A DNA stretch of 64,000 bases from Mobula hypostoma (lineage: Eukaryota), in assembly GCF_963921235.1 (NCBI RefSeq), contig NC_086097.1, positions 211,608,001-211,672,000 of the forward strand. The letters run 5' to 3'. Of this stretch, positions 13,100 to 27,027 are shown piece after piece. How positions within the stretch are numbered: the first letter of the stretch is position 1; each line of letters starts with the position of its first letter. Under the pieces are notes generated by a model that was not told the origin of the DNA, searched no databases, and saw only the letters and a program-made list of their open reading frames with translations. Both the position numbers and the translations under genes were made by a program.

Positions 13100-13490
13100 T
13101 TCACTGCAAGATGCAGCAGGCCACCAGGGTTGTGATCTTTTGGTTGTAAAATGACAAAATTCTGTCCAGCATAATCAAAGATCCCATCCACCCCATATAT
13201 TCTGCTTTCTCCCATTCGGCAGAAGACACAAGCCTGAAAGCTTGTACCACCAGGCTATAGGACAACTTTAACCCTCCTGTTATGAGACCATTGAATGGTT
13301 CCCTACTATGATAAGATGAACTCTTCACCTCACAATCGACCTCATTATGATTGTGCTCCTTAATGTGTATCTGGACTACACTGTGACTTAATTCTGTTTT
13401 ATATTGTACTACCTCAATGTTCTGTACAGTATGTAGATGAGCTTTTCACTGTATCTCAGTACATTTGACAATAATAAACCAATTCTAATT
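13100..13490 (+). mobile_element. Rex1/Babar-type LINE 3' fragment
   Basis: CAGCATAATCAAAGATCCCATCCACCC (IIKDP.HP) motif and AATAAACC tail. Confidence 0.75.
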
Positions 13491-13739
13491 AATTGTATGC
13501 TGTTCTTTACAGTTTTGTTTGCATATAGCCCTGTATTACAACTTCTCCAGGTTAGCATCTCAGTTTTTGGAAGTGCTTGGTGTAGCTCCCTGCAAGCCTT
13601 TCTATTCAAGTGAGCGATGTGCCAGATCATGCAGTTATAGATTGTCAAAGCATCCTGCTGCCTGCAGAGAGGTTCTTTGGCTCATTGATTCTGTGCTAGC
13701 CATCAAGCTTCCATCCACTTAACCTTCACTAATCTCATT

Positions 13740-14158
13740 TTAAGGGCACTGCGCACGCAGGACCCTTAGCATTATCAAGGATCCCACCCATCCATCCAGC
13801 ATCCTCTTTGACATCCTACCATCAGGCAGAGACTGCGATACATAAAGCCAAGACCAGTCAGGAGGGGAAACGGCACCCTCCCTCAGGTCATTAAGCTTCA
13901 GAACTCCCTGCCACATTGAATGCAAAGTGTCACTGCGTAACTTGTACTGTACCCTACAATATATAATTGTGCATTTTACTTTGTAATTTATCTATGCGTA
14001 ATTCCCTTGTAGATTTAATTCTTACTTTCCTGGCATATTGTGTTTTATATGAGCGTTATGTGTACTACTATGTTTTATACCCTAGTGTGGAGAAGCAATG
14101 CTTCATTTGACAGTATGCATGTACATAGTTAAATGGCAATAAATTTGACTCAACTTAT
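13740..14158 (+). mobile_element. Rex1/Babar-type LINE 3' fragment
   Basis: AGCATTATCAAGGATCCCACCCATCC...CTACCATCAGGCAG (IIKDPTHP..LPSG); AATAAATTTGACT tail. Confidence 0.75.
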
Positions 14159-14299
14159 TGTTCTTCAAGATTATATCACTCATCTATATGCAAGAGACAA
14201 TTTATAATGGCCAATATATCAGTAATGTGGAAGGAGACAGAAAGCAGAGCACAGAGAGAATACCTGCCCGGTCTTGGGAAGAATTGGAATTAGTTTATC

Positions 14300-14815
14300 A
14301 ATGGTGACAGTGTGTGCAGGTGCACTGGAGGCTGTTGGGGTGATGGTGACATACCCATTGCTCAGAATGTACACAGAATGTGTTGAGCTCATCAAGAGGG
14401 GATGTGCTGTTGTTGAAGATGCTGCTCGAGTTCGTTCAGTGGTTCATTTATAGCATGTAATCCCTGCCACAACTGGCGACTCGTCACGGATTTGACTTTG
14501 GACAGGTACAATCTCTTGGCACCTTTGCTAGCTTTGTGAAGGTTGTATCTTGATTTCCTGTGAAGGTTAGTGTCACCAGATTTGAGTGCTGCCGACTTAG
14601 AATTCAGTAGGGAGTGCATCTCCCCGTTCGTGGTTTCCACTTTGGGAACATACGTTGTCCTCTTGCACTGGATTGGCCTCTTGTTCTCATCTATACTGTA
14701 GAACACAGACAGTACCAGCACTCTAGATTGAACCCAACTTGCTGCCCCTATGAGGTAGAAGCTCTACCAGCTGTGCCTCTACGGTGGTGTGTATTGTTAC
14801 TGAGAGCCTAAAGCA
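14300..14815 (-). mobile_element. Rex1/Babar-type LINE internal fragment
   Basis: ORF 14392-14721 KSGDTNLHRKSRYNLHKA..AKR..RQLWQGL resembles the endonuclease-RT linker. Confidence 0.65.
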
Positions 14816-14822
14816 CTTCATA

Positions 14823-16442
<1,620 letters not shown>

Positions 16443-16809
16443 TATATGCCTATCTCAGTATGCTAGATATGAGAACTTGAACATCGTAATCCTCGAGGTT
16501 CACAAATATGAAATTACAGTATGTGGCAGGGTCACTTCCATTAATATTACTAATAGAGGCTGGAGTTAGAGATTAGTTTGCTTTCAGACCAGCAGTCACT
16601 GTTCACCAGTATGTGTATTGATTTTCCTTGATTAAGAACAGTGATGCTCTCAGCTCAAGAACCTTTGCGTTTATGCCTTGACATTTATCAACTCTTATAC
16701 CTTATCAAAAGATGATCCAAAGGTCTTTGAATCTGTCAGTGTGGATGTTCTAGCTGTTAAATGTTGGTTAGTTTCTTTGTGGGTTGCTCTGATCAAAGAA
16801 TAAGTGAGA

Positions 16810-17190
16810 TTGAAGTATTTATAACCGTTTTAGAAACCTCAAATGTTCCGAAGTGCTATGCAACTAATTAAGTGTGTTTGAAGCACCATCTAGAATGTTG
16901 GAAATGAGACAATTCCACAAGCATCATTCTGATAGGTACCAGTTAATCTGCTTTTGGTATTGCAAATGCAAAATGCTGCAGGTAGTAAAAAAACTCAATC
17001 AAAATGGAAAATACTAGAAATTCTCAGCAGGTCTGGCAGGATCTGTAAAGAGAATCAGTAGTTATTTCTGATCTTTTTCCATGCACAAATTTTGAGTAAT
17101 GCTATGGGATATGAGAGGAAGATTGGGTCTTGCTTTAATGTCATCTGAAAGATGGTATCTTAGCTAGTGCAGTGCTGAGGGAGTAATGTT
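16810..17190 (-). mobile_element. Decayed Deu-domain SINE interrupted by a PLE-end remnant (about 16965-17075)
   Basis: Antisense to the Deu-SINE body (AATGCTATGGGAT; TTTAATGTCATCTGAAAGATGG); internal CTCAGCAGGTCTGGCAG. Confidence 0.45.
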
Positions 17191-17497
17191 CATGTTCAAT
17201 TTATTGTGGTCAAATATCCAGGCATCTTTGTGATCCCCTCAAAATACCACCACTGTATCAATACAGAAACAAAGAAAATAACTGTTTTGAAAAGGTTCAT
17301 GGATATTATGCCCCTAAAGGAAGATAACATTCCAAAGAAAGACAGGGTCTGGAGAGAATAAATGACCTTGTAACAGATGGGGAGGTGGTTGAGTAGACTA
17401 CTTCCCTGTGCAGCAGCATCAACTCACTCATTTTTCATTCTGCTCTCTCAGTGCTCGGGATCTATGTGGTGAGATTTGTATGTGCTTGGAAGAAAAA

Positions 17498-17802
17498 GGT
17501 TGGCGCCACGGTAACGTAGCACTTAACACTGTTGCAGCTTGGGGCGTTCCAGAGATTGGAGTTCAATTCTGGGGGCGTTCTGTAAGGAGTCGGTATGTCC
17601 TCCCCATGGGACGTGTGGGTTTTCTCTGGGTCCTCTAGATTTCCCCCCCCCCCCACCTCCAACCGAAGACATGCAGATTAGGTTAACTGGTCATTGTAAA
17701 CTGTCCCGTGATTAGGTTAGGGTTAATCAGATTTGTCAGGGGTAGCTGGGGCGGTGAGGATCAAAGGGCCGGAAAGGCCTACTTGGCACTGCATTGCTAA
17801 AT
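17498..17802 (+). mobile_element. V-SINE-type tRNA-derived SINE
   Basis: Pol III-like head (GTTCAATTC B box) plus V-domain-like TCCCCATG..GTGGGTTT..CCAACCGAAGACATGCAG.TTAGGTTAACTGG. Confidence 0.75.
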
Positions 17803-18039
17803 AAGTAGCTGTTCATTTGTAATTACTAATGTAATACATGGCAGGTTGGAATAGTTGTGCTGTATAGATCATTTAAAGCTTTAGTTGTGATGTGTTTGAT
17901 AAGAGTGAAGTACCATAACTTCAGTTTATATTCATAAAAAGAGTTGGACTTTTTGAAAACCCAAGCTTTTCATGTTGCAGTGCATCATTTGCACACAGGG
18001 ATAGATAATGAAGTCTCTGATCCCATGTTTCAACATTTG

Positions 18040-18350
18040 TTCTCAAGCTGATAAGTGGAAAACAATATTCGGTGTTCAAACGGCAGGCAATTCTCATAAT
18101 TATATTCCACCTCATCAGTGTCGGATGTCAGCTTTGATGAGAAACTCAGAGGGACCTGCCGTTGTGGCTGCAAGAGCAAGTCAGGAGCTGGGTCCAGCAA
18201 TAAGCAGCTCTGCAAAATATAAATAGATTTGATGGGATACTCTCTGCTTGACTGTATGTGCAGCTCGCAGCATCACTCAAGTAATTTATCAGCACCATAC
18301 TCCAAATATTTATTCTTACTTTCAGAACAGTGTGGCAGCAGATCTACTGT
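18040..18350 (+). mobile_element. Ancient CR1/L2-group LINE RT-region remnant
   Basis: GCTGATAAGTGG (ADKW), GTGGCTGCAAGAGCAAGTCAG, GATGGGATACTCTC motifs. Confidence 0.5.
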
Positions 18351-19252
18351 TCTGTCATTGTCTTCTTGATTTCTGCGCATGCACTTGTACAAATTAAATT
18401 TGGAAATGAGCTTTAGTTGCCTTTTCACTCAACATTGGAGTACCACCAGTTTGTACCTGCATAATGTCCCTTTCTGAATTGCCAACATGTTGTTTAAGCA
18501 CCTTTTTATTCCTTTGCTCTAATCTGACTACGATGACCATTCTTGCTAGTTTTTGCTCTTACCCCATCAACCTTCCATTTGTCCTGCCTATAATAATGGA
18601 TTTTCTTTAATTATTTTAATAATTTCTCTTATTGCTCCAAAGATTAACTGAAAATCTGTCTTTCTGCATTTCCCTCACCACAGCTTGCATTCCTTTTAAC
18701 AATTTTTAATCTTTCTGCGTCAACCCCTAGCCCCAGCACCCCCACTTTATATTTCCTCTCCACTTCAAAGTATTGCATCTTGTTTCAGCGAGGAATTATC
18801 CATATTTGACACGGAAGCTCCTGTAAATTTCAAATCATTGGAGCTTCCAAGTCAAATCTGGAGAATTTGGCTTCAAGATGATTCAAGTTGATAGCGCATG
18901 TGAATGTTTTTTTTAAAGGATAGTAATTGTAGTTTTAGTGATTCCTTTCAGTTTTTGAAATGAAGAATTAATAGCTGTGATAATTTCCTACAGATAATAT
19001 TTTGTGTCGCACATACTTATGCTATTGTGTGTACAGCAATGAACTCTAACAGATACCTATACACTGTCTTAGTTATCCTTACTTTGTGTGGGGCCTTTTT
19101 AATATCAGGTTCATGAATTTCGGTGATGCTTGATAATGTTTTACTTTTTATAGTGCCTAAAGTTTATTATTTGTTTGTGAGTGTTCGTCCCTAATTATGC
19201 CTAAACTGAAAAGGCTATTAAGAATCTGTTTGGTGAATATTAAGAATCTATT

Positions 19253-19502
19253 TGGCGAGTGGCGTGTGGCGAAGTGGTTAGGGGGTTGGGCTCATGATCT
19301 GAAGGTCGTGGGTTCGAGTCTCGGCCAAGGCAGTGTGTTGTGTCTTTGAGCAAGGGTCTTAACCACACACTGCTCCAGTCCACCCGGCTGAAAATGGGTA
19401 CCGGCAAATGCTGGGGGTTAACCTCAAGATAGACTGGCGTCACGCCACAGAAACTGGCATAAGCACATGGGCCACAAGGCTCGGGACAGACTTTAACTTT
19501 AA
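19253..19502 (+). mobile_element. tRNA-derived SINE
   Basis: A box TGGCGAAGTGG, B box GGTTCGAGTCT, body TGTCTTTGAGCAAGG..CTTAACC and AAAATGGGTACC, tail ACTTTAACTTTAA. Confidence 0.8.
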
Positions 19503-20634
19503 ATAGTGTCGCAGTGCAAACTAGAACAGAGAAGGCTAGCAGATTTCCTTCTGTGAAGGACCTTAGTGTGTCAATTAATTGTTTACAGCAGTTATGTTGT
19601 TTTATGGTTAAGGACACCAGGTTTTGAGTTCTAAAGATAATTAATTTCTTTAGTTATTCATTTGTGATGGTGGCGTCAAACTAGTAATGCTGGATCAGTG
19701 GTGCAAATCTCTGGCAATTAATCCAGTAGTTGAACCTGTTATCCCTGTAAACCCAATTTCTGTGAAAAGACTTCTAAAAGTATTCGCTTTGATGCTTTGA
19801 GTCTATTTCCTTTCCATCAGAAGAGCACCAGTTTGTTTTACCATAATGTTGCCACTTTCTGGCGTAGCTAATACATGACTTCAGTTCTCTTCATTAGTCT
19901 GACTGTGGTTTCCTCCAGCTGATCCTGCCATACTCATTACACTCCATTCGTCCAGTGTGAATCTTCAGCTGCCTTGATTTACTGATATTTCCTAATCACT
20001 TCGGCATCTTTTCATCTTCACAATTATTCACTAAAAATCACACGATTCCTCTGCTTATCCTTCATCGTGGTCTTCCTTGTGCTCCTTCATTCCTTCAAAC
20101 CTTTCTATCTTCTCTTTTGTGTCCACACCCTAATCTCTGTCACATTCTATTCCCTGTCCAATTTAAAGCATTGTCTGGGGCATCCTCTAAACTCATCTTG
20201 GAGCGATTGATGAAAATTGCTGGGTTCTTCTTGGGCACATGGCTAAAAGTTCAGGCTTTGGGCTCCAGTCCAGTGCTGAGTGCATATGAGGGGATTTGGG
20301 GGGCAGTGGTGGGGGGGGGCAGTATATTTGAGGCTGCTTGCACATATTTGAACCTGTGTTGTGAAAGATCTCAAGGTGAGTACACTTAAAGTTCCCAGGA
20401 ATGATTCCTTAAAAGTAATTTGTTTTTGTTGCGTTTGATGACAGTGTTTTAAACTCTAAATTACGTTAATATTGATTGACTGGTGTTGATTTTTATTCAT
20501 GCAACCTGTATGTAACTTGTCATGACTACTTGTTTATCTGTAGGGGTGGGGGGGGGGCAAAATTTGCAGCTCTAATTGGGAGACACTTCTATGTTTTGAT
20601 TTCTGTTCTTCAAACAAGCTTCTGAAGAAGTTGA

Positions 20635-20785
20635 AGCAACATACATCAAAGTTGCTGGTGAACGCAGCAGGCCAAGCAGCATCTATAGGAAGAGGCGCAG
20701 TCGACGTTTCAGGCCGAGACCCTTCGTCAGGAGCAACTTTGATGTATGTTGCTTGAATTTCCAGCATCTGCAGAATTCCTGTTGT
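20635..20785. mobile_element. 151-bp PLE pseudo-LTR insertion with 15-bp TSD and hammerhead core
   Basis: TTCTGAAGAAGTTGA at 20620-20634 and 20786-20800; 22-bp perfect inverted arms; minus-strand CTGACGAAGGGTCTCGGCCTGAAACGTC. Confidence 0.92.
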
Positions 20786-20820
20786 TTCTGAAGAAGTTGA
20801 CTTTGGTATAGTGTTAAGGA

Positions 20821-20890
20821 CAGGGGTTCCCAACCTTTTTTATGCTATGGACCATTACTGTTAAGCAAAGACCCCAGGCTGGAACCCGTG
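20821..20890. mobile_element. 70-bp hAT-type MITE
   Basis: TIRs CAGGGGTTCCCAACC / GGCTGGAACCCGTG; flanking 8-mers GTTAAGGA and GTTCAGGG match at 6 of 8. Confidence 0.7.
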
Positions 20891-21367
20891 GTTCAGGGTG
20901 ATCCATTATCAACAACGTATTGGCTGGTGGAGTGTTGCAAATTAGCAGTGTAGGTTTTTGCTTGTGCACATACTAGTAAACGTACAGGAAAGAGTGTTGA
21001 GAGAAATGTTTTAAAACAATGTGCCAGAAATGTATAACTCAAAATCTAAGGCTAAACATCTTTTCCTAGATGCCATTTATAAATTAGTGAAAAAAAATTG
21101 TAGTGTCACAGTCTTGGAATTAGATAATTACACCATCCCTTCCCTAAATTTGTCCACTTTCAGCAAAGCATCTACGTTTTAATTGGAATTTCTATTTTTT
21201 CCCCTCATTCTGTTCTGATTTTTCATTAAGAATGATTTGAAATGAAATTAATCAATTGAAGTAGCAAAAACAATGAAGTATAATCCAATTTCAGAGTGAC
21301 AAGGACTGAAAAGGCCAGAATAGCTTTTTGAGTTGACTCTGCTGTGATCCAGTGGCCTCGGCAGAAT

Positions 21368-22485
21368 GGATAGATACACACTTTATTGATCCCAAAGGAA
21401 ATTACAGTGTCACAGTAGCATTGCAAGTGCACAGATATGCAAATATGAGAAGAGAAGTAAGAAAGAATTATAAAAAGTTACCACAAACAGTCTAACAGGA
21501 GGGGTCATCACTCCCCAGCTATAGGTTGACTCATCATACAGCCTAATGGCCGAGGGTAAGAAAGACCTCGTTTAGAACTCTTTGGAGCAGCACAGTTGTT
21601 TTAGTCTATTACTAAAAGTGCTCCTCTGTTCAGTCAAGGTGGCATGCAGAGGGTGAGAAACATTGTCCAGAATTGCCAGGATTTTCCATAGGGTCCTTTG
21701 TTCTACCACAGACTCCAGTGTGTCTGGTTTGACTCCTATAACAGAGTCACGTTTTCTAATCAGTTTATTGAGCCTGTTGGCATCACCCGTGTTGATGCCA
21801 TTGCCCCAGCACTGGTGACAACAGACTGGTTGAATATGTGAGGGAGCGACCTGCATACTCCAAAGGACGTAGTCACCTCAGGATTTAGAGGTGACTCTGA
21901 CCTTTCTTGTACACAACCTATGTGTCGGTGCTCCACTCAAGTTTGTCACCCAGGTGCAACCCCAGGTACTTGTAGGCCCTCACCACATCCTCACCATCAA
22001 TAGGAACAGGGAGCAGTGCAGGCTTTGTCTTCCTAAAGTCCATCACCATCTCCTTTGTCTTACTGACATTGAGCTGCAGATAGTTTAACTTACACCTGTT
22101 GACAAAGTCCTCCACCAGGGCCCTGTATTCATCCTCCCGTCCTCCCACTGTACACCCAACTATTGCTGAGTCATCAGAGAATTTCTGCAGATTACATGAC
22201 TCAGTGTTGTATCTCAAGTCTGATGTATATAGGGTAAACAGGAAGGAAGTCAATACTGTCCCCTGTGGTCCCCAATGCTGCTTCTCGCCATGTCTGACAC
22301 ACATCTCCGAAGCTGCACAAACTGTGGTCTGCCAGTCAGATAGTCCATTATCCAGGATACAATGTAAGTGCCAACCTGCATTGAATAGAGCCCCTTCTCC
22401 AGCAATGAGGGCTGTAAGGTACTGAAAGCATTTGAGAAATCAATAAACATGATTCTCACAATGCTGCTCTGCTTATCCAAATGGG
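21368..22485 (-). mobile_element. Rex1/Babar-type LINE, RT core to 3' tail, degraded
   Basis: FIDFSNAF, WIMDYLTGRPQFV, PQGTVL..LFTLYT, KFSDDSAIVG, LNVSKTKEMVMDFR; GGGATCAATAAAG tail. Confidence 0.9.
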
Positions 22486-23072
22486 AGCTGGGTTTTGCAC
22501 ATCCACGCTCATATTTTTCTTCGGATGCGCAGTAGAGAACATCCTAACAAACTGCATCGTTGCTTGGTACGGAAACTGCACTGTGGCAGACAGGAAAGCT
22601 CTACAACGGTTAGTCAAAACTTGCCAACGCATCACTGACACTAGCCTACCCACTGTCAAGGAAATAGATACAGAAAGGTGCCAGAAAAGGGCCAGTAACA
22701 TCATGAAGAATCCCACACACCCTGTTCCTGGACTGTTTGTCCCACTCCCATCAGGGAGGAGGCTACGTAGTATCCATGCCAGGACCACTGGTCTCAAAAA
22801 CAGCTATTTTCCCCAAGCAGTAAGGCTGATCAATACCTCCGCTCATTAACTCCACCATTACTTTATTATTTCCCATCAGTCACCTTATGAACAGCCTAGT
22901 GTCACTTTATGGACATGCAACCAATCTGTGTATCTAAGCTAGCTTGATTCTATCATTATTGTGTTATTTATCTTTCGTGTTTTCTTTTCGTGCTCATTGG
23001 GTCCAGAGTAACAGTTATTTGGTTCTCCTTACACTTGTGTTCAGAAAATAACATTAAACAATTTTGAATCTT
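22486..23072 (+). mobile_element. Rex1/Babar-type LINE 3' fragment
   Basis: ORF 22481-22849 ENILTNCIVAWYGNC..RKALQR..IMKNPTHP..LPSGRRLR; TTGAATCT tail. Confidence 0.88.
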
Positions 23073-23621
23073 CCGTAGAAAAGCTCCACAAATTGCTACT
23101 TGTGTGCCTTTTCGGCAGCTTTTAACATTGAAGTTACAGCGATCAAGTGGGAGAAGTCACGTGGAGTGCAAATGCAGCAAAATTTTCGGGATTAGGTGGC
23201 TCTTGCAGAGAATCACACATTCTAATTCTGTACACTGGCAGTAAATCTGAGATTTAGTTTCTGGGAGGCTGCTCAGGAAATTCATGAGGGAGCATTGAGT
23301 GATACTCTTCTTGGATATAGTATAAATTTGTATTCAGTTTAACACTGACTTGATTTGTTAAAGTGGTGAACTACATTATTATACGTACAGCAAATGTAAG
23401 GTAGGAACATTGGCACAGGGATTTTATAGATGATGAAAGATCATTCCTCATTTAAAATGAACTTTATATAAATTTTCAAAGTTCTTGTCTGTTCCACTTG
23501 GAGCACAACTAGTGCATAGCCTTGTTATTCTGTTAGTATTAGTTTTAGTTACTGACCAAAAGTTTATTCAGTCATCAATCAGCCACTCTCATTTAAAGCA
23601 GTTTTATTTATTTAGTATTTG

Positions 23622-26600
23622 TGACACTAGACACTAGAATACTACAGCACAGTGCAGGCCCTTCAGCCCTTGATGTTGTGCCGACCCATATATTCCTTAA
23701 AAAAACGTACTTAACCCACACTACCCCGTAACCCACTATTTTTCTTCCATCCATCTGCCTGTCCAAGAGGCTCTTAAATACCCCTAATGTTTTAGCCTCC
23801 ACCACCATCCCTGGCAAGTCATTCCAGGCACCCACAACCCTCTGTGTAAAAAAACTTACCCCTGATGTCTCCCCTAAACTTCCCTCCCTTAACTTTGTAC
23901 ATATGCCCTCTGGAGTTTGCTATTCGTGCCCTGGGAAACAGGTACTGGTTATCCACCTTATCTATGCCTCTCATAATCTTGTAGACCTCTATCAAGTCCC
24001 CTCTCATCCTTCTACACTCCAAAGAGAAAAGTCCCAGCTCTGCTAACCTTGCCTCATAAGACTTATTTTCTAATCCAGGCAACATCCTGGTAAATCTCCT
24101 CTGCACCCTCTCCATAGCTTCCACATCCTTCCTATAATGAGGTGACCAGAACTGAACACAATACTCTAAGTGTGGTCTCACCAGAGATTTGTAGAGTTGC
24201 AACATGACCTCTCTACTCTTGAACTCAATCCCCCTATTAGTGAAGCCTAGCATCCCATAAGCCTTCTTAACTATCCTATTAACCTGTGCAGCGACCTTAA
24301 GGGATGTATGGATTTGAACCCCAAGGTCCCTCTGTTCATCCACATTCTTAAGTAACCGACCATTAACCTTGTACTCAGCCTTCTGGTTTGTCCTTCCAAA
24401 ATGCATCACCTCATACTTATCCAGATTGAACTCCATCTGCCACTTTTCTGCCCAACTCTGCATCCTGTCCATATCCTCTTGTAACCTTCGACAACGTACA
24501 GCTCCATCCACAACTCCTCCAATCTTTGTGTCCGCAAACTTACTCACCCATACTTCTGCCTCTTCATCCAGGTCATTTATAAAAATCACAAAGAGCAGGG
24601 GTCCCAGGACAGATCTCTGCGACACTCCACTAGTCACCAACCTCCAGGCAGAATATTTTCCTTCCACTACTACCCTCTGCTTTCTTCCTTTAAGCCAATT
24701 TTTTATCCAAACTGCCAAGGGTCCACTGATCCCATACCTCATGACTTTCTGGATGAGTCTCTCCTGGGGGGCCTTGTCAAATGCCTTGCTAAAATCCATG
24801 TAGACCACATCTACTGCCCTACCCTCATCAATTTCTTTTGTTACCTCTTCAAAAAACTCAATTAGGCTCGTGAGGCACGACCTTCCCTTCACTCACAACA
24901 CGCTGAAGGAACTCAGCAGGTCAGGCAGCATCCGTGGAAAAAGATCTGTCAACATTTCGGGCCAGAGCCCTTCATCAGGACTGTAGAGGGAAGGGGCAGA
25001 GGCCCTATAAAGAAGGTGGGGGGACGGTGGGAAGGAGAAGGTTGGTAGGTTCCAGGTGAAAAACCAGTAAGGGGAAAGATAGAGGGGTGGGGGAGGGGAG
25101 GCAGGGAGCTGATAGGCAGGAAAGGTGAAGAAAGAATAGGGGAAAACACAATGGGTAGTAGAAGGAGGCGGAACCATGAGGGAGGTGATAGGCAGCTGGG
25201 GGAGGGGGCAGAGTGACATAGGGATAGGGGTAGGGGAAGGAGAGGGAATTACCAGAAGTTGGAGAATTCTATGTTCATACCAAGGGGCTGGAGGCTACCT
25301 AGACGGTATATGAGGTGTTGCTCCTCCAACCTGAGTTTAGCCTCATCATGGCAGTAGAGGAGGCCATGTATGGACATATCTGAATGGGAGTGGGAAGCAG
25401 AGTTGAAGTGGGTGGCTACTTGGAGATCCTGTCTGATCGTCTGTTTTGGCGGACAGTGTTGAGGTGCTCAATGAAGCGGTCCCACAATCTGCGTCGGGTT
25501 TCACCGATGTAGAGGAGGCCACACCGGGATCCAGCGATCTCTTCTCTCACTTCCCACAGCAGCCTGGGGTATATCACGTCAGGCCCTGGGGACTTGTCAA
25601 TCTTGATGTTTTTAAGAAGATCCAACACTACTTCTTCCTTAATCTCCACATTGTCCAGTGCACAGGCCTGTTCTATTTCGACCTCACCCTGATCAAGGTC
25701 CTTTTCACTTGTGAATACTGAAGCAAAGTATTCATTTAGGACCTCCCCAACCTCCTCCGCCTCCAGGCACATGTTGCCTTCTTTATCCTTTAGCGGCCCC
25801 ACTTTCATTCTTGTCATCCTTCTGTTCTTCACATACACTTAGAACGCCTTAGGGTTCTCCTTAATCCTATATGGCAAGGCCTTCTCATGCCCCCTTCAAA
25901 CTCTCCTAAGTCCTTTCTTAAGCTCCTTCCTGGCTACCCTATATTTCTCATGAGCCCCTCCTGCTTCCTGCTTCTTATATCTAACATATGCTTCCTTCTT
26001 CCTCTTGACGAGTTGCCTCAGATGTTTTGTCAGCCACAGTTCCCTTTTCCTACCATTTTTTCCTTGTCTCAGTGGGACAAACCTATCCTGAACCCAGCAC
26101 AAGTGATCCCTAAACTTCCTCCACATTACTTCTGCGCTTTCACCCTTGAACATCTGTTTCCAATTTACTCTCGCTAGTTCCTACCTCATCCCTTCATAGT
26201 TAGCCCTTCCCCAGTTAAGCACTTTCCCATTTTGTCTGTTTTTATCCTTTTCCATAGCTATGCTGAAGCTAAGGGAGTTGTGGTCACTCTCACCAAAATG
26301 CTCCCCCACCAAGAGGTCTGCCACCTGACCAGGTTCATTACCCAGAACTAGATCCAGTATGGCCTCTCCTCTCGTCGGCCGGTCCACATACTGTGTCAGG
26401 AATCCTTCTTGAACACACCTGACAAATTCAGCCCCATCTATCCCCCTTGCAGTCAGGAGGTGCCAGTCAATATGAGGGAAGTTGAAATCACCCATAACTA
26501 CAACCCTGTATTTCCTGCACCATTCTAAAATCTGCCTGCTTTTCTGCTCCTCGGTGTCCCGAGGGCTATTTGGGGGCCTATAGACTACTCCCAGCACAGT

Positions 26601-26752
26601 GATTGATCCCTTCCTGTTTCTGACTTCCACCCACACCGACTCAGTGGACACTCCCTCTGTAGCTTCCTCCCTTTCTATAGCTGTGATACTATCCCTGACC
26701 AGTAATGCTACTCCTCCACCGCCTTCTCTACCTCCCATTCTATTCCTTTTAA
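23622..26752 (-). mobile_element. 5'-truncated CR1 LINE (APE-RT), interrupted by a PLE fragment
   Basis: ORFs 26181-26774 (APE: YRPP, GDFNFP, LDLVL, SDH), 25896-26153, 25416-25838, 23819-24892 (RT); (TCTAGTG)n tail at 23624-23640. Confidence 0.95.
24893..25529 (-). mobile_element. Penelope-like 3' fragment (GIY-YIG C-terminal part, pseudo-LTR, decayed hammerhead)
   Basis: SRCGLLYIGETRRRL.DRF.EH; CT-rich UTR; minus-strand AGTCCTGATGAAGGGCTCTGGCCCGAAATGTTGAC near 24948-24982. Confidence 0.9.
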
Positions 26753-27027
26753 AAAGGAATACGATGGGACACACGCCTGCATCTTTGATGATAAAATGAA
26801 TATAACATACTGTGTAAGTAATATACCTTCATATTTGTTAGCATTCAGCTTGCACATGCAGAAGTTAATCAGTGTTTCAGCAGGAACTCTGCTCTTCGTG
26901 TAGCTCTTACTATTTATACTGTCTAGAAAACTATCAAAACTGATAACCATACCAAGTTGGCAGCCCCTGAATTTTTAATTTAGCTAAGCTTTGTAAATTC
27001 AAGGTACGGGAAAAGAATAATCCAGAA

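Noticed and set aside
19253..19330. Possible tRNA gene
   Set aside because: A and B boxes are present but there is no convincing acceptor stem or terminator, and it continues into a SINE body.
21368..23072. Possible twin-priming inversion of one LINE
   Set aside because: Both halves have their own 3' tails and differ in sequence, so they are two elements head to head.
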